Of a stretch of 64,000 nt of DNA, positions 48,627 through 57,289 are shown in pieces. Under the pieces are notes generated by a model that had not been told where the DNA came from, made no database searches, and saw only the letters and a program-made list of their open reading frames with translations. The stretch is from the NCBI GenBank assembly GCA_963746845.1, contig CAVVCZ010000005.1:416001-480000 (forward strand), written 5' to 3'. The DNA comes from an uncultured Chloroflexia bacterium (GTDB taxonomy: Bacteria > Chloroflexota > Limnocylindria > Limnocylindrales > CSP1-4). The position numbers were made by a program, and so were the translations under genes. How positions within the stretch are numbered: position 1 is the first letter of the stretch; each line of letters opens with the position of its first letter.

Positions 48627-49418
48627 TCAGCTCCGGCGGGAGCCCAGCAGCCTCGCATCGGGGTGGAAGATCCGGAGGCGTCGCTCGAGGAGGAAGGTCT
48701 CGCGGTCGATGATCCCGAGGAGGGACCGCAGGCGGCCCTCGCTCGTCGCGGCCTCGAGGAGGGCCTGGCGCCGCGGTGACTCGACCTGGATGATGCCGGC
48801 GAGGAGGTAGGACAGGATCGTCGGGTCGTCCGGGATCGTCACGCGCCGCTTGCGCGCGCCCTCCTCGGCGTCGTCGTCCACCTCGCCGGCCACGGTCTCC
48901 GATGCGGTCTCGATCGCGGTCCCGGTGGATGGCTCGTCCGGCTCGTCGTCCGTCTCGACCTCGACCCGGACGTCGATCTCCTCGGCGGTCTCGCCCTCGC
49001 GTGGCTGGAGAAGCTCGAGGTAGTGGACGAACCGGCGCGTAGCCGTCATCGCCAGCCGCTGGGCCGTCGTCTCGTCGCCGACCTCCTCGTCGAGCAGCTC
49101 GACGTCGGCGACCAGGTACGGTCGTCGCGCCCCGAGGACCTTCTGGATCTCGAACCGGCGCGTACCGACGATCAGCAGGTCGTACCGGCCGTCCTCGTAG
49201 CGGCCCGCGTCCCGGATCTCGGCCACCGTGCCGATCCCGGTGAACGAGATCGCCCCGGTCCCGACCTCACGGCCCTCCCGGATCAGGACGACCCCGAAGG
49301 GCGATGTCGTGTCGATGCAGTGCCGGACGAGCGCCCGGTAGCGGTCCTCGAAGATGTGGAGGGGCAGGGCGATGCCCGGACAGAGGACCGTATTCAGCGG
49401 AAACAGGGGCAGCTCCAC
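48627..49418 (-). CDS. Lon peptidase N-terminal (substrate-binding) domain protein
   Basis: LPLFPL..VL.PG..LPLHIFE.RY, FGVVLI, G..RF; no ATPase or protease domain. Confidence 0.9.
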   Translation of the reverse strand: MELPLFPLNTVLCPGIALPLHIFEDRYRALVRHCIDTTSPFGVVLIREGREVGTGAISFTGIGTVAEIRDAGRYEDGRYDLLIVGTRRFEIQKVLGARRPYLVADVELLDEEVGDETTAQRLAMTATRRFVHYLELLQPREGETAEEIDVRVEVETDDEPDEPSTGTAIETASETVAGEVDDDAEEGARKRRVTIPDDPTILSYLLAGIIQVESPRRQALLEAATSEGRLRSLLGIIDRETFLLERRLRIFHPDARLLGSRRS

Positions 49419-49571
49419 CGGCGGTCACCCCCACGGGACGTCGGGTCGCGGCTCCGGGAGCGTCCGGCCCCGGGCGTCTGGCCGCAGTCTAGAGAATCGA
49501 ACAGCCGCCGGGGAGGCCGGCGGCTGGCGGTGCGGCGGGTCGGGCCGGCGGGATCGCCGGCTCCGCGTCTG

Positions 49572-49961
49572 TCAGTGGGAGCAGCCCTTGGCCGAACCGG
49601 CGTCGTCGGCGGTCCGGAAGCTCGAGCCGCAGCCGCAGGCGGCGACCGCGTTCGGATTGTTCACCGTGAAGCCGGCGCCCATCAGCGTGTCGACGTAATC
49701 GATCTCGGAGCCCTTGAGGAGGCTGATCGAGCTGCCGTCGACGTAGACCTTCACGCCGTTCGCCTCGAGGACGTTGTCCTCGGCCGTGGGGGCGTCCTCG
49801 AGCATCATCCCGTAGCGGAAGCCCGAGCAGCCGCCGGAGTAGACGTAGACGCGCAGCCCGATCGCCGGGTTCGTCTCCTCGGCCGTCAGCTCGCGCAGCT
49901 TCGCGGCGGCGGCGTCGGTGAGGTTGACGACGGTCGGCTGGACTTCGAGCATCTGGATCAT
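49572..49961 (-). CDS. erpA: A-type Fe-S cluster carrier protein (ErpA/IscA family)
   Basis: [11 protein letters not shown]...CGCGSSF; GGAGG RBS. Confidence 0.93.
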   Translation of the reverse strand: MIQMLEVQPTVVNLTDAAAAKLRELTAEETNPAIGLRVYVYSGGCSGFRYGMMLEDAPTAEDNVLEANGVKVYVDGSSISLLKGSEIDYVDTLMGAGFTVNNPNAVAACGCGSSFRTADDAGSAKGCSH

Positions 49962-50070
49962 CCCTCCGGGAGGCGGTGTCGCGATCGTCGCATGACGCAC
50001 TGGGCGCGTCGATGGGCCAATCGTACGCACGGCAACCAGTTTCGACAAGCGGTGCGTCTGAACCGGCCCG

Positions 50071-51300
50071 CTACGCCTCGACCCGCTCGATGACCGTCGC
50101 GATGCCCTGCCCCACGCCGATGCACATCGTCGCGAGGCCCCAGCGCCCGCCGGTCCGGCACAGCTCGTGGCTGAGCATCGTGATCAGCCGCGCCCCGCTC
50201 ATCCCGAGCGGGTGTCCGAGGGCGATCGCCCCGCCGTTCACGTTGACCGTGCCGGGATCGAGGCCGAGCTCGTCGATGCAGACGAGGGACTGCGAGGCGA
50301 AGGCCTCGTTCAGCTCGACGAGGTCCAGGTCTCCGACGCCGATCCCGGCCCGCTCGAGCGCCTTGCGCGTGGCGGGCACCGGGCCGTAGCCCATGATCGC
50401 GGGGTCGACGCCGGCCACCGCCGTGGACACGATCCTCGTCATCGGTCGAAGGCCCAGCTCGCGGGCCCGGTCCGCCTCGACGAGGAGTACCGCCGAAGCG
50501 CCGTCGTTGATCCCGGAGCTGTTGCCGGCGGTGACCGAACCGCCGTCGCGGAACGCCGGCCGGAGGCGGGCGAGGGCCTCCGCCGAGGTGTCGGCGCGGG
50601 GGTGCTCGTCGCGTGCGACGACGACCGGCTCGCCCTTCTTCGCGGGGATCGAGATCGGGACGATCTGATCGTCGAACCGGCCGCCGTCGATCGCCGCGAC
50701 GGCTTTCTGCTGCGAGGCGAGGGCGAACGCGTCCTGGCGCTCCCGATCGACGTTCCAGCGCTCGGCCACGTTCTCCGCGGTCTCGCCCATCGAGTACGGG
50801 TAGTGCTCCGCCGCGAGGGCCGGGTTGAGGAACCGCCAGCCGAGGGTCGTGTCCTCCAGCTCCCGCGGTCCGCGGTCCCAGGCGGCCTCCGGCTTGGCCA
50901 TGACGTACGGCGCCCGGGTCATCGACTCGACACCACCACCGATGAACACGTCCCCGTCGCCCACCGCGATCGCGTGGGCGGCGGAGTTGACGGCCTGCAG
51001 CCCCGAGCCGCAGAGCCGGTTCACCGTCAGCCCGCCGACCTCGACGGGGAGGCCGGCGAGAAGCAGCGCCATCCGCGCCACGTCCCGGTTGTCCTCGCCC
51101 GCCTGGTTGGCACAGCCGAGGATCACGTCCTCGACCAGGCCCGGGTCGATCCCGGACCGATCGACGACGGCGCGGATCGCGGCCGCCGCGAGGTCGTCGG
51201 GACGGACCGCAGCCAGGGCTCCGCCGTAGCGGCCGATCGGGGTCCGGACGGCCGCGACGACCCAGGCCTCGCGAAGAGGCCGGTGGAGATCTCGTGTCAC
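50071..51300 (-). CDS. paaJ: Acetyl-CoA C-acyltransferase (3-oxoadipyl-CoA thiolase, PaaJ/PcaF-like)
   Basis: [32 protein letters not shown]; paa context. Confidence 0.88.
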   Translation of the reverse strand: MTRDLHRPLREAWVVAAVRTPIGRYGGALAAVRPDDLAAAAIRAVVDRSGIDPGLVEDVILGCANQAGEDNRDVARMALLLAGLPVEVGGLTVNRLCGSGLQAVNSAAHAIAVGDGDVFIGGGVESMTRAPYVMAKPEAAWDRGPRELEDTTLGWRFLNPALAAEHYPYSMGETAENVAERWNVDRERQDAFALASQQKAVAAIDGGRFDDQIVPISIPAKKGEPVVVARDEHPRADTSAEALARLRPAFRDGGSVTAGNSSGINDGASAVLLVEADRARELGLRPMTRIVSTAVAGVDPAIMGYGPVPATRKALERAGIGVGDLDLVELNEAFASQSLVCIDELGLDPGTVNVNGGAIALGHPLGMSGARLITMLSHELCRTGGRWGLATMCIGVGQGIATVIERVEA

Positions 51301-51363
51301 CGCCCGATTGTATGGGGCAGCGCGGTCAGCTCCGCGGAGCGATGCCGCCGCGCCGTCCGACCG

Positions 51364-52011
51364 TCAGGGCATGTCCTTGAGGATCGACGCCGCATGGTCG
51401 TCGTCCTTGGCCGAGACGAACAGCATCGCGTCGCCGTGGAAGTAGACGTAGGTGCTCCCGGACGACTCGTCGGTCACGTAGACGTCCTTGCCGCCGACCG
51501 ACTTCTGCGTTGCGGTCTGGCCGGACTTCTGGGCGGCCTGGATCATCGCGTTCTTCAGCGTGTTCTCGTCGACGCCCTGGACCCGCAGGATCCCGGCCGT
51601 GCAGTCCGCGTCGGCGGCGATCGCGATCGCGAACGTCACGTCGTTGACCGTCTTGCCGATGGCCTTGAGCGCATCGATCATGTCGCTCTGGCCGGACTGC
51701 GCGAACGCCGCGCCGGTCACGCTCGCCTTCGTCGACGTCTTGCCACACATCGTCCCGGGGAGGAGGGCCTCGAGGTCCTTGACCTCGCTCGGGAGCGAGA
51801 AGCCGGGGACGGGCTCGCTCGGGGCGGCGACGCTCGGCTCGGCCGCGCTCGGCTCGGCGACGCTCGGCGCGGCGACCGACGGCGCCGCCGCGGACGGCAC
51901 CACGGCGGCCTCGCTGTTCGAGGGCGACGGGCTGGCGCCACCGGAACAGGCACTCAGCACCACGGCCATTGCGACGGAGGCAAGCCCTCCGACGATGGTT
52001 CGGCGAACCAT
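51364..52011 (-). CDS. Hypothetical lipoprotein with PS(V/A)A(A/E) repeats
   Basis: GGAGG RBS, lipobox LSAC, low-complexity linker, Cys pair. Confidence 0.75.
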   Translation of the reverse strand: MVRRTIVGGLASVAMAVVLSACSGGASPSPSNSEAAVVPSAAAPSVAAPSVAEPSAAEPSVAAPSEPVPGFSLPSEVKDLEALLPGTMCGKTSTKASVTGAAFAQSGQSDMIDALKAIGKTVNDVTFAIAIAADADCTAGILRVQGVDENTLKNAMIQAAQKSGQTATQKSVGGKDVYVTDESSGSTYVYFHGDAMLFVSAKDDDHAASILKDMP

Positions 52012-52081
52012 GGAATATTCCTCCCCGAGGCGAGCCATCGGCGCGGGTCCAGCGAGCACTGGACGGGACGATGGACGGAGT

Positions 52082-53194
52082 CTAGCCATCTCCCGTCAAC
52101 GTGCCATCGGGCGCAGCCCCGACGGTCGTATCACGCTCGAACGGCCCCTGTGGATGGGCCGCTCCGAGCCGGAGCGCCCGGTCGATGTCGGCCTCGGAGG
52201 CCACGCCCTCGGCCACCGCGATGCCTGCCTCTGCGTCGATCGCGGCCAGGATCCGGGCCCGGATCGCCGCGGCGTCGGCCGCGGGTGCGGGCGCGTCCCG
52301 GAACCGGTCCGAGACCGCCGTCACCCGGCCGGCCTCGTAGCGATAGAACCCCTGACCGGTCTTGCGGCCGAGCTGCCGGGCCTCGACGAGCTCGGTCTGG
52401 ATCGGCGACGGACGGAGCCGGTCCGGCCGGCCTAGCCCTTCCCAGATCGCGGCGGCGGCGGCGGTCGTGACGTCGATCCCCGTCAGGTCCATCAGCTCGA
52501 AGGGGCCGAGGGGGAAGCCGCCGTCACGCATCGCGTCGTCGATCGCCTCGACGCCGGCCCGGCCCTCCTCGAGGATCCGGAGGGCCTCGATCGTGAACGG
52601 GCGGTTCACCCGGTTGACGATGAAGCCGGGGGTGTCCGCCGACCGGACCGCCGTTCGACCCCACGACTCGACGAGGCGCGTCAAATCGGCCACGACGGCC
52701 GGGTCGGTCGCGGGTGTCGGGACGACCTCGACCAGGCGCATGACCGGTGCCGGGTTGAAGAAGTGGAGCCCGAGGACGCGCTCCGGGCGCCGCGTGGCCG
52801 ACGCGATCGAAGCGATCGAGAGCGCGCTCGTGTTCGTCGCGAGGACCGTCCCGGGGTCGGCGACGCCGTCGAGGGTCCGGAAGATCGTCTGCTTCAGCTC
52901 GAGATCCTCGAGCGCCGCCTCGACGACGACGTCCGCTTCGTCGCCCAGCGCCTCGAGGACGTCGGTCTCGCGGAGCCGGGCGATCCGCTCGGCGACCCAG
53001 TCGTCGATCCCCGCCGGGTCCCCGACGAGCTTCGCCGCGCGGCGGGTCAGCCCGCCGGCGATCCGGTCCCGGCCCCGTCGCAGGGCCGGCTCGTCGACAT
53101 CGTGCAGGACGGTCTCGTGACCGGCTTCCAGGGCAAGTTGGGCGATCCCGGCGCCCATCACGCCTGCCCCCACGACGCCGATCACCTCGTTCAT
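52082..53194 (-). CDS. paaH: 3-hydroxyacyl-CoA dehydrogenase (PaaH-like)
   Basis: GAGVMGAGIA, VEA..E.L..K, TNTS, HFFNPAP, PGFIVNR. Confidence 0.88.
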   Translation of the reverse strand: MNEVIGVVGAGVMGAGIAQLALEAGHETVLHDVDEPALRRGRDRIAGGLTRRAAKLVGDPAGIDDWVAERIARLRETDVLEALGDEADVVVEAALEDLELKQTIFRTLDGVADPGTVLATNTSALSIASIASATRRPERVLGLHFFNPAPVMRLVEVVPTPATDPAVVADLTRLVESWGRTAVRSADTPGFIVNRVNRPFTIEALRILEEGRAGVEAIDDAMRDGGFPLGPFELMDLTGIDVTTAAAAAIWEGLGRPDRLRPSPIQTELVEARQLGRKTGQGFYRYEAGRVTAVSDRFRDAPAPAADAAAIRARILAAIDAEAGIAVAEGVASEADIDRALRLGAAHPQGPFERDTTVGAAPDGTLTGDG

Positions 53195-53652
53195 CAGATC
53201 GGTTTGAAGGCCTCGAACGGATTTCGGCAATCGCGGCAGTAGAAGAGGGATCGACAGAGGGTCGGGCCGAAGGCGCTGTCCATCGCGACCCGCGACGAGG
53301 CGCAGTACGGGCAGCGGACGTCCGCCGGTTCCGCGGGCGGGGCGATTCCGGCGGCACGGAGCCCGGCATGCCCTGCAGGGGTCAGGCGGTCGGTGGTCCA
53401 CGGGACCGCGAACGTGAAGTCGACCGTGACCGGGCGCCCGAGGCTCGCGAGCGCATCGGTCACCGTCGCGCGGATGACCTCGAGGGCCGGGCACGCGACG
53501 AACGTCGGGAGGAGCTCGATGCGGATCCCGTCATCGTCGACGCGGACGTCGTGGACGAGGCCGAGATCGACGATCGAGACGGTCGGGATCTCGGGGTCGT
53601 GGACCGTCCCGAGGACGTCCGTCACCACTGCCGCCGACACTGGCGCCGTCAT
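53194..53652 (-). CDS. paaD: Phenylacetyl-CoA epoxidase subunit PaaD
   Basis: DPEIP..SIVDLG, PTF..CPA, WTTD, CP.C, FG.T.CR...C..C..PFE.FK. Confidence 0.93.
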   Translation of the reverse strand: MTAPVSAAVVTDVLGTVHDPEIPTVSIVDLGLVHDVRVDDDGIRIELLPTFVACPALEVIRATVTDALASLGRPVTVDFTFAVPWTTDRLTPAGHAGLRAAGIAPPAEPADVRCPYCASSRVAMDSAFGPTLCRSLFYCRDCRNPFEAFKPI

Positions 53653-54485
53653 CACCACGTCGCGCCGACCTCGGACCGGCGAACCATGGTGAACTCGGCG
53701 TGGAGGGCACGGAACGCGTCGGAGTGGGCCGTGCGGGCAGTGCCGGGATCGCGGGTCGGCGGCAGCGGCGCCAGGCCGAGACGCGCGAGCTGCGCGTTCG
53801 CCTCGACGCGCCAGCGCGCCTCGACGGCCGGAAAGGGCTCCGCGATGATCCCGTGCCGGACGAGTGCCGGCTCCCCGGGGAGTGGCGTCAGCACCGTGCC
53901 GGCGTCCGGCCCCATGACGTCGAGCGCCGCGATCAGGCGCCGACGCGGTTCGCCGCCCGCATCCGCGAGCCGCTCGAGCCACGCGTCGACGTGCATCCGG
54001 TGATAGCGCTCCTCGCGCCGGATCTTGGCGACGAGCTCACGGAGCGGCGCGTGCGTCGTGTCCGCGAGGGCCGTCAGACGCGCCGCGTCGGCCGTCTCGT
54101 AGAGCCAGCGCCGGGCGATCGTCGCCGCCCAGTCGCCGCGCGGATGGTCGAGCAGGCGAGCGTGGAGGTAGCCTTCCGGCGGCCGGTCGTAGGCGACCGC
54201 GTCCGCGTCCGGGCCGTCGGCGACCGCGTCCGCGTCCGGGCCGTCGGCGACGAGGTCCGCGAACAGCCCGTACAAGGCCTGGGCATGACCCAGCTCGTCC
54301 TGGGCGAGCGAGCTGATCGCAACGTCCTCCTCGAGGATCGGTCCGATCCCGGTCCACTCGGAGTCGCTGAACCCGATGACGAACTCGTCGTCGGCCATCG
54401 ACAGGAGGAGCACGGCGAGCGCCCGCTCGCGGCCGTCGCCGGCACCGGTGAAGTCCATCGCGATCTTCGGGTACTCCGTCGTCAT
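53652..54485 (-). CDS. paaC: Phenylacetyl-CoA epoxidase subunit PaaC
   Basis: ADD, SEW.G.GP.LEED.A...QDELGHA, KI.REE.YH. Confidence 0.93.
   Translation of the reverse strand: MTTEYPKIAMDFTGAGDGRERALAVLLLSMADDEFVIGFSDSEWTGIGPILEEDVAISSLAQDELGHAQALYGLFADLVADGPDADAVADGPDADAVAYDRPPEGYLHARLLDHPRGDWAATIARRWLYETADAARLTALADTTHAPLRELVAKIRREERYHRMHVDAWLERLADAGGEPRRRLIAALDVMGPDAGTVLTPLPGEPALVRHGIIAEPFPAVEARWRVEANAQLARLGLAPLPPTRDPGTARTAHSDAFRALHAEFTMVRRSEVGATW
54192..54251. repeat. Perfect 27-bp in-frame tandem duplication inside paaC
   Basis: GGCGACCGCGTCCGCGTCCGGGCCGTC x2 (+6 nt); encodes ADGPDADAV twice. Confidence 0.95.
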
Positions 54486-54823
54486 CGATCGCCCGCGTTC
54501 GCCTTCGGCTTCGCCTGCCCCGACTGCTCACGTGCCGCTGCCAGCTTGTCGCGCATGACGTAGCCGCCCGGCTTCTTGAACGACCGATCGAGCGGCGGCT
54601 GGAGGAGGTCCGGATCGGCCAGGTCGTGGATGTCCGCCCGCCGGACGACCCAGAGGTGGACGCTCTCTTGGCGCCGTCCGTACATCTCGCGGGCGTAGTG
54701 GAGGGCGAGCGTGGCATCGGGCGCCATCACCGAACCGCCGTGACGCATCGGGTCGCCGTCCTTCTCCCGGCGGAAGACCTCCCAGGGCTCGAGGACGCCC
54801 GCCGGCGCCGTCGCGTCTGTCAT
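54482..54823 (-). CDS. paaB: Phenylacetyl-CoA epoxidase subunit PaaB
   Basis: WEVF...H.GSV.APD..LAL..ARE.Y.RR.E...LWVV. Confidence 0.92.
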   Translation of the reverse strand: MTDATAPAGVLEPWEVFRREKDGDPMRHGGSVMAPDATLALHYAREMYGRRQESVHLWVVRRADIHDLADPDLLQPPLDRSFKKPGGYVMRDKLAAAREQSGQAKPKANAGDR

Positions 54824-55812
54824 GCGGCGGCTCGGGGCGCCGAGAGAATCGCGTCGCGGACCCACTGCGTGGCGGCCCAGTTGTCGCGGCGGAACTGGAG
54901 CCGCTCCTGGGACATCGGGCCGTGGTTCGTGACGACCGTCCGGAGCTCGTTCCAGTCGGGCTCCGCGTAGCGCCAGTCGCCGGTGGCGACGTCGAGACCC
55001 AGCTCGGGATCGGGCAGCGTCAATCCGAGCTCCCAGATCCGCGGCACGTAGATGCCGAGGAACTCCTGGCGCAGCTCCTCGCTCGTCTTCGCCTTGATCC
55101 GCCAGTGGATGTCACGGTCCTTGGAGCGGTCGCTGCGTGGGCCGTGCATCTGCATCAGCGGGCCCCACCAGCGGTCGAGCGCCTCCTGGATCGCCCCCCG
55201 CTGGGCCGGCGTGCCGGTCGCCATCGTCACGACGACGTCGCGCCCGTGCATGATGTGGACGCTCTCCTCCCAGCAGATCTTCCGCATCGTCCGGGCATAC
55301 GGGGCGTAGCTGCTGTCGCGCAGCGCCTGCTGGGCGACGATCGCCGCCGCGTCCACGAGCCAGGCGATGATCCCGATGTCGGCCCACGACTTCGTCGGGT
55401 AGTGGAAGACGTTGTGGAACTTCGTCTTCCCGTCGAGCAGGTCCTGGATCATCGCCTCGCGCGGCTTGCCGAGGTCTTCGGCGACCCGGTACAGCAGCTG
55501 GGCGTGCCCGACCTCGTCCTGGACCTTCGCGGTGAGGGCGAGCTTCCGGCGGAGGGTCGGCGCCCGCATGATCCATTCGCGCTCGGGCAGGACGCCCATG
55601 AGCTCGCTGTTCGCGTGCATCTCGACGAACCGGAGCACCTGGGTCCGGTACTCGTCGGGCATCCAGTCGGACGCCTCGACCTTGCCGCCGCCCGTCACGT
55701 GCTCCTCGAAGTGCCGGTAGCGCTCGTCGTGATCGAGCGCCTCGTCGTTGAACGGCAGCTGGCTGCGCTCGCGGGCCGGCAGAACAGGATCGAGTGCGAG
55801 CGGATCGGTCAT
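54820..55812 (-). CDS. paaA: Phenylacetyl-CoA epoxidase subunit PaaA
   Basis: DWMPDEYR, HANSE, APTLRRK, KVQDEVGH, WLVD, IC.EES.H. Confidence 0.95.
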   Translation of the reverse strand: MTDPLALDPVLPARERSQLPFNDEALDHDERYRHFEEHVTGGGKVEASDWMPDEYRTQVLRFVEMHANSELMGVLPEREWIMRAPTLRRKLALTAKVQDEVGHAQLLYRVAEDLGKPREAMIQDLLDGKTKFHNVFHYPTKSWADIGIIAWLVDAAAIVAQQALRDSSYAPYARTMRKICWEESVHIMHGRDVVVTMATGTPAQRGAIQEALDRWWGPLMQMHGPRSDRSKDRDIHWRIKAKTSEELRQEFLGIYVPRIWELGLTLPDPELGLDVATGDWRYAEPDWNELRTVVTNHGPMSQERLQFRRDNWAATQWVRDAILSAPRAAA

Positions 55813-56399
55813 CGGTGGTCCTCCGAGAGGGCGCGGAGCGCGAGGTCGACGTAGTGGTCGGCGATCCGGTCGGCGGTCAGGCGGCCGTCCGGGCGGTACC
55901 AGGTCGCGATGCCGTTGAGGGCGGTGAGGACGAAGGTCGCCGCGAGGGCGACATCGGTCGCCCCGAAGGCCCCGACCGCGATCCCATCCTCGATCGTCGT
56001 CCGGAACCTGGCTTCGTAGGCGTCCCGGCGAGCGGCGATGGCGGCCCGGCGCTCTGCGGAGAGGTGGCGCCATTCCGTGAGGAAGACGCTCGAGCGCTGC
56101 GGGTCGGCGGTCACGACCTCGACGTGGGCCTCCACGAGGGCGGCCAGCCGGTCGACGGGGTCCGTGCCGGCGGCTTCGGCGACGGCCGACTCGGCCGCCC
56201 CCTCGAAGGTCGTCGCCGCCCGATCGACGATCGACCAGAGGACATCCTCCTTCGACGCGACGTGGGCGTAGAGGCTGGCCCCCTGGATGTCGAGCGCCTT
56301 CGCGATGTCGCGGACGCTCGTCGCCGCGTAACCGTTCGCATGGAACAGCTCGCTAGCCACGTCGTCGATCTCGCGGCGTCGCGTTCCGGTCTCGATCAT
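55809..56399 (-). CDS. paaR: TetR family regulator (PaaR-like)
   Basis: LF...GY.ATSVRDIA..L.I...SLY.H..SKE; first gene of the paa operon. Confidence 0.85.
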   Translation of the reverse strand: MIETGTRRREIDDVASELFHANGYAATSVRDIAKALDIQGASLYAHVASKEDVLWSIVDRAATTFEGAAESAVAEAAGTDPVDRLAALVEAHVEVVTADPQRSSVFLTEWRHLSAERRAAIAARRDAYEARFRTTIEDGIAVGAFGATDVALAATFVLTALNGIATWYRPDGRLTADRIADHYVDLALRALSEDHR

Positions 56400-56405
56400 C
56401 TGGCC

Positions 56406-56434
56406 ATGATCCAACCGAACGTTCGTTAGGTCAA
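56406..56434 (-). promoter_or_regulatory. paa operon promoter with PaaR-type operator
   Basis: TTGACC-17 nt-GATCAT-6 nt-ATG; near-palindrome CCAACCGAACGTTCGTTAGG (56411-56430) resembling ACCGA-N4-TCGGT. Confidence 0.8.
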
Positions 56435-56476
56435 GATCTCGGTTCGGCGGTTGCTCCCCCCTCGGAGCTTTCCGAT

Positions 56477-57151
56477 CTACGGGAAGTGAACGCTGTCGAG
56501 CATTGCCTGCAGCGCCGCGCGATCGTCCGGGTCTGCCGCGGCATGCACGCCGAGGTCTCGCATCCCGAATAGATAGGCCACGTGGTCGTGGACCGTGATC
56601 GCGTTGTTGATCAGGATCCCGCAGTTCCATTCGAGAAGAACGCCCGGCTCGCCGCCGATCCTGATGTTGTGCTGGGCTTCCGGGGCGTCCGGGCACGTGT
56701 CGCCGTGGTACTTGACCGTGTCCGAGATCGTCTGGCTGACTACATCGGCCAACCCGCCCTTCGTCGGTGCAACGTTGGCCCACGCGCTCCTCGCGGAGGA
56801 GTCGATGAACTGGTCGGACTCGCGAGCGTCATGGCTCAGGCCCGACACCCCGTCCCAGGCCACGGTGGCCTGGATCGTCGTCCAGTTCGCCGGCACCGTC
56901 AGGGAGTACCCGTACAGGGCCGACGTGAACGTCGTCGGAACCGTCGCCGCGCTTGGAGCCGCCGTCGGCGTCGGCGTCGGATTCGACGGCGCGATGGTCG
57001 GTTTCGGGCTTGCGGCGGCGGACGACGGCAGGGCCGACGCGTCCGAACCGGCGTCGGAAGATGAACTCGCCCCGGCCCCGCCGCCCGAGCACGCGCCGAG
57101 CGCCAGCACGACGGCGGCCAACGCCGTCATTCGTGTCCTGGTTGTCATCAT
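56477..57151 (-). CDS. Hypothetical lipoprotein (PsbP-like fold possible)
   Basis: GGAGG RBS, lipobox LGAC, Ser/Pro linker, F.S.LYGYS..VP.W, ends LDSVHF. Confidence 0.75.
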   Translation of the reverse strand: MMTTRTRMTALAAVVLALGACSGGGAGASSSSDAGSDASALPSSAAASPKPTIAPSNPTPTPTAAPSAATVPTTFTSALYGYSLTVPANWTTIQATVAWDGVSGLSHDARESDQFIDSSARSAWANVAPTKGGLADVVSQTISDTVKYHGDTCPDAPEAQHNIRIGGEPGVLLEWNCGILINNAITVHDHVAYLFGMRDLGVHAAADPDDRAALQAMLDSVHFP

Positions 57152-57255
57152 CGCCTCCAGGTGGATCGTCCAGCGGCCGGGGACTTGCTCTCCGTCCTCG
57201 AGACCGCACTTCCCGACCGACCTTCGCCGGACCGTGTCCAGCCCCGCCCCACGCT

Positions 57256-57277
57256 CGCTCTATCCGCCCTCTACGGC
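57256..57277 (-). promoter_or_regulatory. Candidate SARP-binding direct repeat upstream of the lipoprotein gene
   Basis: CGCTCTA-N4-CCCTCTA-CGGC, 11-bp period. Confidence 0.5.
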
Positions 57278-57289
57278 GGTCCGCCCATG

